Below, one piece after another: positions 19,655 to 29,025 of a DNA stretch of 64,000 nucleotides. Position 1 is the stretch's first letter, and the number at the start of each line of letters is the position of its first letter. The notes below the pieces were generated by a model. The model did not search any database and was not told where the DNA came from. It worked only from the letters and a program-made list of their open reading frames with translations. The translations under genes and the position numbers were made by a program. Source of the DNA: Burkholderiales bacterium (GTDB taxonomy: Bacteria; Pseudomonadota; Gammaproteobacteria; Burkholderiales; JAHFRG01); contig DASPRI010000030.1 in NCBI GenBank assembly GCA_035624535.1, positions 3,067-67,066 on the forward strand, given 5' to 3'.

Positions 19655-21043
19655 ATGTTGAAGCAGAAAGTTAAACAGATACATTTCATCGGTGTGGGCG
19701 GCTCGGGAATGAGCGGAATCGCCGAAGTTTTGCTCAACTCGGGTTTCCGGGTCAGCGGTTCGGATCTCGTCGAAAACGCCGCAACCCGGCGCCTGAAAAT
19801 GCTGGGTGCCAAAATCCACCAAGGACATGCCGAGACCTATGTAGAAGGCGCCGATGTGGTGGTGGTGTCAACAGCGGTGAGTGAGGAAAATCCGGAAGTC
19901 CGGGCAGCTCGCGCGCGCGGTATACCGGTAGTGCCGCGCGCCAAAATGCTGGCGGAATTGATGCGCCTGCGCCAGGGTATTGCTGTTGCCGGGACCCATG
20001 GCAAGACCACCACCACCAGCTTAGTTGCCAGCGTTTTGGCTGAAGCGGGACTGGATCCGACTTTTGTCATTGGAGGGAGGCTCGAAGCGGCGGGTTCGCA
20101 CGCCAAACTGGGTACCGGCGAATTTATCGTGGTGGAAGCCGACGAATCGGATGCATCGTTCCTTTATCTGCAGCCGATTATGGCGGTGGTCACCAATATT
20201 GATGCCGACCATATGGATACCTACCACCACGATTTCGGAAAACTCAAGCAGGCGTTCGTGGACTTCCTCCAACATCTTCCATTTTATGGCAGCGCAGTGT
20301 TGTGCGTTGATGATGCCAGAATCCGAGAGATCATGCCGTTCATTACCAGACCTGTCGCCACTTACGGGCTTGCCGAGGCTGCGCAAGTGCGGGCGGTGGA
20401 TGTCGCGCATCGTGAAGGAAAAATGCAGTTCCGTGTTACTCGGCCCGGCGGCAAAGATCTGACTGTTACCTTGAATATGCCGGGTGTACATAACGTGCAA
20501 AACGCGCTGGCCGCCATAGTGGTGGGAATGCAACTGGGCGTAGCGGATGCCGCCATCCTCAAGGCGCTTGCCGGTTTCAAGGGAGTAGGCCGGCGCCTGC
20601 AGCGTTACGGTGAAATCCAGCTTGAAGGCGGAGGCAGCTTCACACTGCTGGACGATTATGGGCATCACCCGGTCGAAATCGCGGCGACGTTGGACGCGGT
20701 GCACGGTGCGTTTCCCAGTAGACGCGTAGTGCTGGCATTTCAGCCGCACCGTTACAGCCGGACTCGAGATCTGTTCGGGGATTTCGTAAAGGTGCTGTCC
20801 GCGGTGGAACTGCTGTTGCTATGCGAGGTGTATGCCGCGGGAGAGAAGCCGATTGCTGGCGCGGACGGTAAGGCGTTGACGCAAGCGATTCGTCTGCGCG
20901 GCAAGGAGCCGATATTCGTGGAGACAGTGGCCGAACTTCCACTGGCGATACGCAAGGCTGCTCAGTCGGGGGATGTGGTGGTGACAATGGGAGCTGGTTC
21001 GATCGGCAGCGTGCCGGCAATGCTCACACAAAGCGCAGCATAA
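19655..21043 (+). CDS. murC: UDP-N-acetylmuramate--L-alanine ligase
   Basis: [25 protein letters not shown] is a typical MurC N-terminus. The P-loop is GTHGKTTTT. Alternative upstream starts exist at 19640 (TTG, used by the track) and 19649 (ATG). Confidence 0.95.
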   Translation: MLKQKVKQIHFIGVGGSGMSGIAEVLLNSGFRVSGSDLVENAATRRLKMLGAKIHQGHAETYVEGADVVVVSTAVSEENPEVRAARARGIPVVPRAKMLAELMRLRQGIAVAGTHGKTTTTSLVASVLAEAGLDPTFVIGGRLEAAGSHAKLGTGEFIVVEADESDASFLYLQPIMAVVTNIDADHMDTYHHDFGKLKQAFVDFLQHLPFYGSAVLCVDDARIREIMPFITRPVATYGLAEAAQVRAVDVAHREGKMQFRVTRPGGKDLTVTLNMPGVHNVQNALAAIVVGMQLGVADAAILKALAGFKGVGRRLQRYGEIQLEGGGSFTLLDDYGHHPVEIAATLDAVHGAFPSRRVVLAFQPHRYSRTRDLFGDFVKVLSAVELLLLCEVYAAGEKPIAGADGKALTQAIRLRGKEPIFVETVAELPLAIRKAAQSGDVVVTMGAGSIGSVPAMLTQSAA

Positions 21044-21072
21044 ATGAACGGGATGAATCAGAACTGAAATTT

Positions 21073-21993
21073 ATGAGGATGATCGAGCAAGACGACCTTA
21101 AGGCATTGCGTGGAACTTTGCGGCTCGACGAGCCGATGGCGGACCACGTGAGTTGGCGTGCCGGGGGCAAGGCAGACCGCGCCTACATGCCCGCCGATCT
21201 CGCCGACCTTGCCTTGTTTTTGGAGACATGCAGCGAGGACCAGGCGATATATATGGTTGGGCTTGGCAGCAATCTTCTGGTGCGCGACGGGGGCGTGCGC
21301 GGCACGGTGGTTCTCCTGCACGGCGCGTTGCAACAACTGCGCTTGGAGCCTGGCGCGCAGGAGCACGGAATGATTTACGCCGAGGCCGGAGTGGCCAGTC
21401 CCAAGGTGGCGCGCTTCACTGCGGTCAACGGTTTCCAAGGCGCCGAATTTCTTGCGGGAATTCCCGGCACGGTCGGCGGCGCATTGGCAATGAACGCAGG
21501 CTGTTATGGCAGGGAAATCTGGGAAATCGTAGCCCAGGTGCTGACCATCAGCCGCAATGGCGCGCTCAATCTGCGGCGTCCCGCGGATTATGACATCGGT
21601 TACCGCTCAGTGACGCTGCGCTCCAAAGCTGAGGAATGGTTTGCGGCATCGTGGCTGAAACTGCCGCGCGGGAACAGCATTGCCGCGCAGGAAAAAGTCA
21701 GGGAGCTGCTCAAGCGCCGGATCATGAGCCAGCCGTTGAATGAGCCTAACGCGGGATCGGTGTTTCGCAATCCACCGGGAGTCTTTGCCGCGCAGTTGAT
21801 TGAACAATGCGGACTAAAAGGAGAGCGCGTAGGCGACGCCGTAGTGTCCGCGAAACATGCCAATTTCATCGTCAACACCGGCGCAGCCACGGCTGCGGAT
21901 ATCGAGGCACTAATTGAAAAAGTGCGCCATACAGTGCGGCAGAAATGCGGAATTGAACTGGAAACTGAGGTGCGTATTATTGGTGAAGCATAA
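21073..21993 (+). CDS. murB: UDP-N-acetylenolpyruvoylglucosamine reductase
   Basis: 306 aa with an FAD-binding domain ([12 protein letters not shown]) and a MurB C-terminal domain (GSVFRNP). Confidence 0.95.
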   Translation: MRMIEQDDLKALRGTLRLDEPMADHVSWRAGGKADRAYMPADLADLALFLETCSEDQAIYMVGLGSNLLVRDGGVRGTVVLLHGALQQLRLEPGAQEHGMIYAEAGVASPKVARFTAVNGFQGAEFLAGIPGTVGGALAMNAGCYGREIWEIVAQVLTISRNGALNLRRPADYDIGYRSVTLRSKAEEWFAASWLKLPRGNSIAAQEKVRELLKRRIMSQPLNEPNAGSVFRNPPGVFAAQLIEQCGLKGERVGDAVVSAKHANFIVNTGAATAADIEALIEKVRHTVRQKCGIELETEVRIIGEA

Positions 21994-22133
21994 GGAGTGG
22001 GAGTGAGCGGCATAGCATTTGGAAAAATCACACTGCCGATGGGTGGGCGAGCCGGACTCGGACTCGCGGAGCGTGGAGCGGGAAGGCGAAGCGGCGGCCA
22101 CCCGGGGCGATTTTTCACGCGAGGTCAAACGGT

Positions 22134-23045
22134 ATGACCCAGTTTGGCAAGGTTGCAGTGCTGATGGGTGGCTGCTCCGCTGAAAGAGAGATTTCGCTGA
22201 TAAGCGGCAACGCGGTGCTCACTGCACTTAAGCTCCGAGGGATTGATGCGCATGCCTTCGATCCCAAGGAGCGGCCTTTGGAGCAACTGCGACGCGAGGG
22301 TTTCGACCGCGCATTTATCGCATTGCACGGCCGGCTCGGCGAAGACGGCACGGTTCAAGGGGCCCTGCAAATGATGGGGATTGCCTATACCGGCAGCGGG
22401 GTGATGGCGAGTGCGCTGGCGATGGATAAATGGCGCACTAAGCTGTTGTGGCGAGCGGCAAGAATCAACACACCGCGCTGGGTATTGCTGAATGCGCAAA
22501 GCGATTTTAAAAAAATAGCGCGAAGGCTGGGACTGCCATTGATGGTAAAGCCTTCGCGCGAGGGTTCGAGCATTGGCATGAGCAAGGTGCTGAGAGCGGA
22601 GCGATTGCGCGCCGCTTATCGACGCGCTTCAAAGTCTGACAATGTCGTGCTGGCGGAAGAATTCATCGAAGGCATCGAATTGACCGCTTCCATTCTCAAC
22701 GACCAGGCGCTGCCTCTAATACGGGTAGAAACGCCGCGGGCTTTTTACGATTATCGAGCGAAATATTTTGCCCACAGCACACGCTATATTTGTCCGTCCG
22801 GAATCGGCGTGACGCAGGAAAACAAAATTCAGCAGAAGGCGCTGCAGGCATTTCGGATACTGGGCTGCAGTGGCTGGGGCAGAGTGGACCTGATGTTGGA
22901 CAAGAAGCGATCACCGTATTTTATCGAGGTGAATACGGTGCCGGGTATGACCGACCACAGCCTGGTACCGATGGCGGCGCGCGTCGCGGGCATAAGCTTC
23001 GAAGATCTGGTGGTGAGGATATTGCAATCGGCGCATGTGGAATAA
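22134..23045 (+). CDS. ddl: D-alanine--D-alanine ligase
   Basis: 303 aa with an ATP-grasp fold. Motifs include [25 protein letters not shown] and [10 protein letters not shown]. Confidence 0.95.
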   Translation: MTQFGKVAVLMGGCSAEREISLISGNAVLTALKLRGIDAHAFDPKERPLEQLRREGFDRAFIALHGRLGEDGTVQGALQMMGIAYTGSGVMASALAMDKWRTKLLWRAARINTPRWVLLNAQSDFKKIARRLGLPLMVKPSREGSSIGMSKVLRAERLRAAYRRASKSDNVVLAEEFIEGIELTASILNDQALPLIRVETPRAFYDYRAKYFAHSTRYICPSGIGVTQENKIQQKALQAFRILGCSGWGRVDLMLDKKRSPYFIEVNTVPGMTDHSLVPMAARVAGISFEDLVVRILQSAHVE

Positions 23046-23790
23046 ACCTTACTTGATGCTTTGGACCGCAAATCTCCTTTATGCGCTGGCTGCGCTAATC
23101 GCGCTATACGCAGCGCTTAATACGGCAATCCGTCTCCCGCTGTTTGATTTGCGCGAAGTGGTAGTAAGCGGAGAGCTTGATCACGTCACACGCGGACAAT
23201 TGCAGCAGGCGATACAGCAGCTCAAAGGAAATTTTTTTACAGTGGATCTGAATCAGGCAATTAATGGGTTCGAACGACTGCCATGGGTGAGAAGCGTGAG
23301 CTTGCGGCGCCATTGGCCGAATCGTTTGGATGTGGTGTTGCAAGAGCAGGCGCCACTGGCGCGCTGGGAGGCTGGCGGACTGGTCAATACTTACGGCGAG
23401 GTTTTCCAGGGTGAGACCGGCCTCAGCCTTCCGCTGTTCTCCGGACCTGAAGGAAGCGCGCCGGATATTACCCGGCAATACCTGTTGTTCGCCCGCGATC
23501 TCGAGCCTGTCCACCTGCGACCGGTCGAAGTGCAAATGTCGCAGCGACGCGCTTGGGAGCTTTGGCTGGACAATGGCTTACTGTTGGTGCTCGGTAGAGA
23601 GCGCAGCGAAGCGCGGCTCAAGAGATTTGTCGCCGTTTACCACAGCATCAAAGGACAAATACCGGCGCAAACGTCCTACATTGATTTGCGTTACGAAAAC
23701 GGATTCGCGCTGCGGGCACCGCATTCGGAGTTTCAGCAAGCTGAACCCGTCAAACAAGAAAGACGAAGGTCAGATCGGGGAGAGCTATAG
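23035..23790 (+). CDS. ftsQ: Cell division protein FtsQ
   Basis: 251 aa with an N-terminal transmembrane helix and POTRA-like region, between ddl and ftsA. It overlaps the ddl stop. Confidence 0.9.
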   Translation: MWNKPYLMLWTANLLYALAALIALYAALNTAIRLPLFDLREVVVSGELDHVTRGQLQQAIQQLKGNFFTVDLNQAINGFERLPWVRSVSLRRHWPNRLDVVLQEQAPLARWEAGGLVNTYGEVFQGETGLSLPLFSGPEGSAPDITRQYLLFARDLEPVHLRPVEVQMSQRRAWELWLDNGLLLVLGRERSEARLKRFVAVYHSIKGQIPAQTSYIDLRYENGFALRAPHSEFQQAEPVKQERRRSDRGEL

Positions 23791-23793
23791 AGG

Positions 23794-25038
23794 ATGCCTA
23801 TGAGTCGGGGCAAGGAAAACAAAAATCTCATAGTGGCGCTTGATATCGGCACCACGAAAATCGCCGCAATCGTCGCAGAAGTTCGCCCGGAGGGCGGGCT
23901 GGAGATCATCGGCATGGGCAGTGCGCCCTCACGGGGCCTGAAGAAAGGCGTGGTGGTGAACATCGAATCTACGGTAAACGCGATTCAGCGCGCGCTGGAG
24001 GAGGCGGAGCTGATGGCTGATTGCAAGATTCGAGAGGTGTATACCGGCATTGCCGGCAGCCACATCAAGAGCTTCAATTCCCACGGCATGGTGGGAATCA
24101 AGGACAAGGAGGTTGCGCAGATCGATGTGCAGCGCGTCGTGGAAACTGCCAAGGCAGTAAACATACCGACCGATCAGCAAATTCTGCATATCCTCAATCA
24201 GGAATTCATCATCGACGGGCAAGAAGATGTGCGCGAACCGCTAGGCATGAGTGGAGTGCGCCTGGAGGTGAAGGTGCACATCGTAACCGGGGCGGTTTCG
24301 GCGGCGCAGAACATCATGAAGTGTGTGCGGCGCTGCGGACTTTCGGTGATCGATCTGGTATTGCAGCCGCTCGCGTCCGCTACAGCAGTGCTGTCAGAAG
24401 ATGAAAAGGACTTGGGCGTTTGTTTAGCGGATATCGGCGGCGGCACGGCCGACATTGCGGTGTTCACTCATGGCGCGATCCGCCATACGGCGGTCATTCC
24501 GATCGCGGGTGATCAAATCACTAACGATATTGCGATGGCTTTGAGAACGCCGACCAAAGACGCCGAGGACATCAAGCGTCGCTTTGGTTGCGCGCTGCGG
24601 CAGCTCGCCGACCCGCAGGAAATGGTTGAAGTACCCGGCGTGGGCGACCGCGGCCCTCGACAATTATCGCGCCAGACGCTCGCCGAAGTCATCGAGCCCC
24701 GCGTCGAAGAGCTTTATTCGCTGATACAGGCGGAGCTGCGCAGAAGCGGCTTCGAGGAACTGCTGTCATCGGGAATCGTGATCACCGGAGGCAGCAGTGC
24801 CATGCAGGGCATGGTGGAGCTGGGTGAAGAAGTTTTCCACATGCCGGTGCGGCTCGGAATGCCGCACTATCTCGGCGGGCTTGCCGAAGTGGTGCGACAT
24901 CCGCGTTTTTCGACCGGGGTGGGCTTGCTGCTCATCGGCATGCAGCAGCGTCAGCGCCAGGAACTGGTCAAACTCCAAAGCGGTTCTCTGCGGCCGGTAT
25001 TCGACCGCATGAAACATTGGTTTCAGGGAAATTTCTGA
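23794..25038 (+). CDS. ftsA: Cell division protein FtsA
   Basis: 414 aa with an actin-like ATPase fold (LDIGTTKIAAIVAE, DIGGGTADIAVF). Confidence 0.95.
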   Translation: MPMSRGKENKNLIVALDIGTTKIAAIVAEVRPEGGLEIIGMGSAPSRGLKKGVVVNIESTVNAIQRALEEAELMADCKIREVYTGIAGSHIKSFNSHGMVGIKDKEVAQIDVQRVVETAKAVNIPTDQQILHILNQEFIIDGQEDVREPLGMSGVRLEVKVHIVTGAVSAAQNIMKCVRRCGLSVIDLVLQPLASATAVLSEDEKDLGVCLADIGGGTADIAVFTHGAIRHTAVIPIAGDQITNDIAMALRTPTKDAEDIKRRFGCALRQLADPQEMVEVPGVGDRGPRQLSRQTLAEVIEPRVEELYSLIQAELRRSGFEELLSSGIVITGGSSAMQGMVELGEEVFHMPVRLGMPHYLGGLAEVVRHPRFSTGVGLLLIGMQQRQRQELVKLQSGSLRPVFDRMKHWFQGNF

Positions 25039-25135
25039 TGATCGATATCAAGAAGAAATGGATGAAAGGACCGGGTGGTCGGAATCCAAGTGCGGTTTTT
25101 CTGAAATTGGAATCATCGTTATAAAGGAGATGCGC

Positions 25136-26287
25136 ATGATCGAGTTCGTTGATACACAATCGCATGAAGCGGTAATCAAGGTAATAGGGGTCGGTGGCTG
25201 CGGAGGTAACGCCGTTGATCATATGATCAACCAGGGAGTAAAGGGAGTGGAATTTCTCAGCGCAAACACCGATGTGCAGGCGTTAAGACGCAATCAAGCG
25301 AAAATCCAGCTGCAGATGGGCGCTTCGGTCACCAAGGGCCTAGGCGCGGGAGCCAATCCGGACGTCGGACGCGAGGCGGCAATTGAGGATCGCGAAAGAA
25401 TCGCCGAGCTGATAGAAGGCACTGACATGCTGTTCTTGACTGCGGGCATGGGCGGGGGGACTGGCACTGGCGCCGCGCCGGTGATTGCGGAAATCGCCAA
25501 GGACCGGGGCATCCTCACTGTGGCAGTGGTGACCAAACCCTTCGCATTCGAAGGCAAGCGCATGCGCGTGGCGCAACAGGGCATCGAAGCGTTGTCGCAG
25601 TATGTCGATTCGCTAATCGTGATTCCTAACGATAAGCTGATGCAAGTGCTGGGCAACAAAGTCACGCTGGACGCCGCGTTCCAGGCCGCGAATGACGTGC
25701 TGCACGGAGCGGTAGCTGGAATTTCGGAAATCATTAGTTGCCCCGGCATGATCAACGTGGACTTTTCCGATGTAAGGACGGTCATGGCCGAGATGGGCAT
25801 GGCAATGATGGGTTCTGCCAAGGCTTCGGGCGCGGACCGCGCTCAGCTTGCCGCGGAACAAGCGATCGCCTGCCCGCTGCTCGAAGGAATCAACATTTCC
25901 GACGCGCGCGGGGTACTGGTTAACATCTCGGCCAGCAAAGCAAGCTTTGAATTGCAGGAACTTTATGATGTGATGGAGGCCATCAAAACGTTCACGGCTG
26001 AAAGCGCTACCGTGATTGTCGGGGCGGTCTACGACAACGAACTGAAGGACGATATTCGGGTCACCATTGTCGCGACCGGCCTAAATTCGACCGTCAACCA
26101 AAAGCAGGACAAGCCGTTGAGCGTCGTGAAGACCGGGACGGACGCGGTAGAAATGGTGAATTATGCCGAGCTTGAAACCCCGGCGGTGGTAAGAAGACGC
26201 AACCGCGATGCCACCATCGAGGCGATGCGTCAGTCCGGCGTAGAGATGCTGGATATCCCGGCCTTCCTACGCAAGCAAGCGGATTAG
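25136..26287 (+). CDS. ftsZ: Cell division GTPase FtsZ
   Basis: MIEFVDT... start with AAGGAG 6 nt upstream. Tubulin signature GGGTGTGAAP and IKVIGVGGCGGNAV are present. The track start at 25058 is an upstream extension. Confidence 0.95.
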   Translation: MIEFVDTQSHEAVIKVIGVGGCGGNAVDHMINQGVKGVEFLSANTDVQALRRNQAKIQLQMGASVTKGLGAGANPDVGREAAIEDRERIAELIEGTDMLFLTAGMGGGTGTGAAPVIAEIAKDRGILTVAVVTKPFAFEGKRMRVAQQGIEALSQYVDSLIVIPNDKLMQVLGNKVTLDAAFQAANDVLHGAVAGISEIISCPGMINVDFSDVRTVMAEMGMAMMGSAKASGADRAQLAAEQAIACPLLEGINISDARGVLVNISASKASFELQELYDVMEAIKTFTAESATVIVGAVYDNELKDDIRVTIVATGLNSTVNQKQDKPLSVVKTGTDAVEMVNYAELETPAVVRRRNRDATIEAMRQSGVEMLDIPAFLRKQAD

Positions 26288-26402
26288 GACGGAGACCACA
26301 CTAAACTCCAGGCTGGCAGGATTGGCATATCGCAGCGCATCATGATAACATTGCAAATCCTGCCGTATGACTAACTGTTTATTTCGAAAGCGTTCTTGAC
26401 AA

Positions 26403-27314
26403 ATGATAAAGCAGCGCACGCTCAAAAACATCATACGTGCAACAGGTGTCGGTCTGCATACCGGAGAAAAAGTCTATTTGACCCTGCGCCCTGCGGCGCC
26501 CAATACCGGAATCATATTTCGCCGCATCGATCTTTCGCAACCGGTGGAAATCAAGGCGGATCCACATCAGGTGGGAGACACTCACCTCTCGTCATGCCTT
26601 GAGAAAAACGGTGTCAAGGTGTTTACAGTGGAACATCTGATGTCGGCTTTCGCTGGATTGGGGATTGATAATGCTTACGTGGATCTCTCCGCGCCGGAAG
26701 TGCCGATCATGGATGGCAGCGCCGGGCCGTTCGTGTTTCTGCTGCAATCAGCGGGAATTGAAGAGCAAAATGTGCCCAAGAAATTCATTCGCATAAAAAA
26801 GTGCGTGGAATTCCTAGACGGTGATAAATGGGTGCGTTTCGAGCCGTATAACGGTTTCCGTGTCAATTTCAGCATTGATTTTGACCACCCCGCTTTTGAG
26901 GGATCTAACCAGTCGGTCACCGTGGATTTCGCAACCACCTCCTACATAAAAGAAGTCAGTCGCGCCCGCACATTTGGATTCATGCAGGATGTAGAAACGC
27001 TGCGCTCGATGGGGCTGGCGTTAGGCGGTAGCCTGGATAACGCTGTTGTCATAGACGAGTTCCGGGTGCTCAATCGCGACGGCTTGCGCTATGAGAACGA
27101 ATTTGTAAAACACAAGGTGCTGGATGCCATCGGGGATCTATACTTGCTGGGGCATCCATTGATCGGCTCTTTTAGCGGCCATAAATCCGGACACACTCAG
27201 AACAATGCCTTATTGCGTCGCCTGCTCGCAGACCCCCAAGCCTGGGAATTCGTAAGCTTTGAGCGTAGCGAGGAAGCACCGGCATTTCTCAGACTGCAGG
27301 CGCAACTCGCCTGA
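26403..27314 (+). CDS. lpxC: UDP-3-O-acyl-N-acetylglucosamine deacetylase
   Basis: 303 aa beginning MIKQRTLKN, with the HTGEKV and TVEHLMSA motifs. Confidence 0.95.
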   Translation: MIKQRTLKNIIRATGVGLHTGEKVYLTLRPAAPNTGIIFRRIDLSQPVEIKADPHQVGDTHLSSCLEKNGVKVFTVEHLMSAFAGLGIDNAYVDLSAPEVPIMDGSAGPFVFLLQSAGIEEQNVPKKFIRIKKCVEFLDGDKWVRFEPYNGFRVNFSIDFDHPAFEGSNQSVTVDFATTSYIKEVSRARTFGFMQDVETLRSMGLALGGSLDNAVVIDEFRVLNRDGLRYENEFVKHKVLDAIGDLYLLGHPLIGSFSGHKSGHTQNNALLRRLLADPQAWEFVSFERSEEAPAFLRLQAQLA

Positions 27315-27494
27315 TTTTTCCAATACCGATTTTCCAGCGGCCGAACCTAATCGGTTGGGAATGACGTTCGGCGAAACGGGCACGGCCTGTTTATTATCAG
27401 ATTATTGGCGTTTGTCGGCCTGATTAGCATGGGGCTTTCGCTGGCCGCGTGGTTATTTACGCGTAATGCCCGTTACCTGACATTTGCCCGGCAG

Positions 27495-28028
27495 TTATTC
27501 AAGTTTTTCGTCGTTTTTCTCCTCTTGGCAATGGTCCTTTTTGTGGTCGAGAGGCTCCTCGTCGTTATCTGATGCATGCACGAGCACGTTCCGTACCGCG
27601 GTGCGCAGAGGTGAATCAGGGAGCTTCGCGGCGAGTTCTTGGACATGGCTTAAGGCCTTGCTATTTAGGCCTTTCTTTCTGCGGACTGGGGCCGGCTGGG
27701 CTGGGGGTTGCACTTCCACGCGAATTGCAGTAACCTTGTATCCCCGCTTCTGAAAATTAATTAATAAACTTGGGCTTAGCTGTTTTAGCTTGGAGGCAAC
27801 GGCCCCGTTGTCAGCGAGCACTAACAGTGAACCGTGCGCGAACCGGGCTATCCTTCCGGATTGCGCAAGGGGCTTCGGCGCAATCTCGTTAAATACCTGT
27901 TGCATCTTGATCAGGCATTCAACTTGCTTGACGAGTGATTGAATGGCGGGTGTGGCATCGAAATAATAACCGACTTTACGTGTTGGCATCGGAGGAGGCT
28001 TAACAGGGAGAGACGGACAAGTGAACAT
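27495..28028 (-). CDS. dciA: DUF721 / DciA-like protein
   Basis: Core sequence IARFAHGSLLVLADNGAVASKLKQLSPSLLINF resembles DUF721. The position between lpxC and the divergent M23-peptidase/secA pair matches a conserved proteobacterial arrangement. The start and the acidic/lysine-rich C-terminal tail are uncertain. Confidence 0.6.
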   Translation of the reverse strand: MFTCPSLPVKPPPMPTRKVGYYFDATPAIQSLVKQVECLIKMQQVFNEIAPKPLAQSGRIARFAHGSLLVLADNGAVASKLKQLSPSLLINFQKRGYKVTAIRVEVQPPAQPAPVRRKKGLNSKALSHVQELAAKLPDSPLRTAVRNVLVHASDNDEEPLDHKKDHCQEEKNDEKLE

Positions 28029-28938
28029 TATTGTCGTTTCGGGCAGCTTAGGGAAGTCTAAGACGCTGACTCTGAGCCACGGGCAAGTCGTATTTTTTAC
28101 GGTTCTGATGGTGGTCGGGATTCTGGCGTTTGCAGTGTCCTTGTATTATCTAACCTTGCGCCATGCCGCAGCCATCAAGAGCCCCTATCTCAAGTCGCTG
28201 TTGTTATCCATGCAGGAGCAAGAAAACCGCAAGCGCGAAGCCTACTTGCGGGAAAACTTGACTGCTATGGCCATGAAACTAGGTCAGATGCAAGCGCAGT
28301 TGTTGCGTCTTGAGGCTTTAGGCGACCGACTGACGAAACAAGCCGGCTTTAAACCCCAGGAATTCATGTTTGACCAACCTCCTGCCCGAGGCGGTGCTCT
28401 GTCGAGTCTGCCGCAACGCGAACTATCACTGAACGAATTCGGCGGCCAGGTCGACAAGTTGGCTAAAGATCTCAATGATCGCACCGATCAACTGGCAATT
28501 CTCGAATCGGCGCTCATGCAGGACCGCTTGAAGAAGAAGCTGGTGCCGTCGGTGCCACCGGTTAATACCGGCTGGTTTTCCTCCAATTTCGGTTGGCGTA
28601 TCGACCCGTTTACTGGGCAAAATGCTTTCCATGAAGGCGTGGATTTCATGGCCGAGACGGGGCGTCCAGTGGTTGCTGCCGCAGGCGGCGTTGTAGTCTA
28701 CTCGGACAATCACCCCGAGTATGGTAATATGATTGAAATTGACCATGGCAACGGGTTGACAACGCGGTACGCGCATCTCTCCAAGCGCTTGGTCAAGGTT
28801 GGGGATGTGGTGCTGCGGGGATTGAAAATCGGCGAGGTGGGAAACACTGGCCGCTCCACCGGCCCGCATCTGCATTTTGAGGTGCGCTACAAGGGCGCTC
28901 CACAAAACCCTGTGCGGTTTCTGCAAAAGGCCGGCTAA
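28021..28938 (+). CDS. M23-family peptidoglycan endopeptidase
   Basis: 305 aa with an N-terminal transmembrane helix, a coiled-coil region, and a LytM domain (HEGVDF ... NTGRSTGPHLHFEV). Confidence 0.85.
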   Translation: MNIIVVSGSLGKSKTLTLSHGQVVFFTVLMVVGILAFAVSLYYLTLRHAAAIKSPYLKSLLLSMQEQENRKREAYLRENLTAMAMKLGQMQAQLLRLEALGDRLTKQAGFKPQEFMFDQPPARGGALSSLPQRELSLNEFGGQVDKLAKDLNDRTDQLAILESALMQDRLKKKLVPSVPPVNTGWFSSNFGWRIDPFTGQNAFHEGVDFMAETGRPVVAAAGGVVVYSDNHPEYGNMIEIDHGNGLTTRYAHLSKRLVKVGDVVLRGLKIGEVGNTGRSTGPHLHFEVRYKGAPQNPVRFLQKAG

Positions 28939-28962
28939 AAACTGTTTTTTTTTGCGCAACGT

Positions 28963-29002
28963 GAGGGGCGAGGCGAAAAACTCCTCGCCCCTCGTGTTTT
29001 CT
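28963..29002 (+). terminator. Rho-independent terminator after the M23 peptidase gene
   Basis: Perfect 11-bp GC-rich stem, GAGGGGCGAGG (28963-28973) paired with CCTCGCCCCTC (28983-28993), followed by GTGTTTTCT. Confidence 0.6.
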
Positions 29003-29025
29003 AAGCTTAGGCAATTACCAACTTC

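Noticed and set aside
20021-20749. Long antisense ORFs inside well-supported genes. Examples are the 242-aa ORF opposite murC, 175 aa opposite ftsZ (25294-25821), 172 aa opposite murB/ddl (21600-22118), 177 aa opposite the M23 peptidase (28426-28959), 228 aa opposite the FHA gene (47302-47988) and 192 aa opposite murD (15752-16330).
   Set aside because: These are shadow ORFs typical of GC-rich coding DNA. Their translations are low-complexity (Arg/Pro/Ser/Ala-rich) with no recognisable motifs. The opposite-strand genes have unambiguous family signatures.
26315-26364. A 9-bp inverted repeat (GGCAGGATT ... AATCCTGCC) after ftsZ, considered as a terminator.
   Set aside because: The loop is 32 nt and no T-tract follows, so the evidence for a terminator or regulatory element is insufficient.
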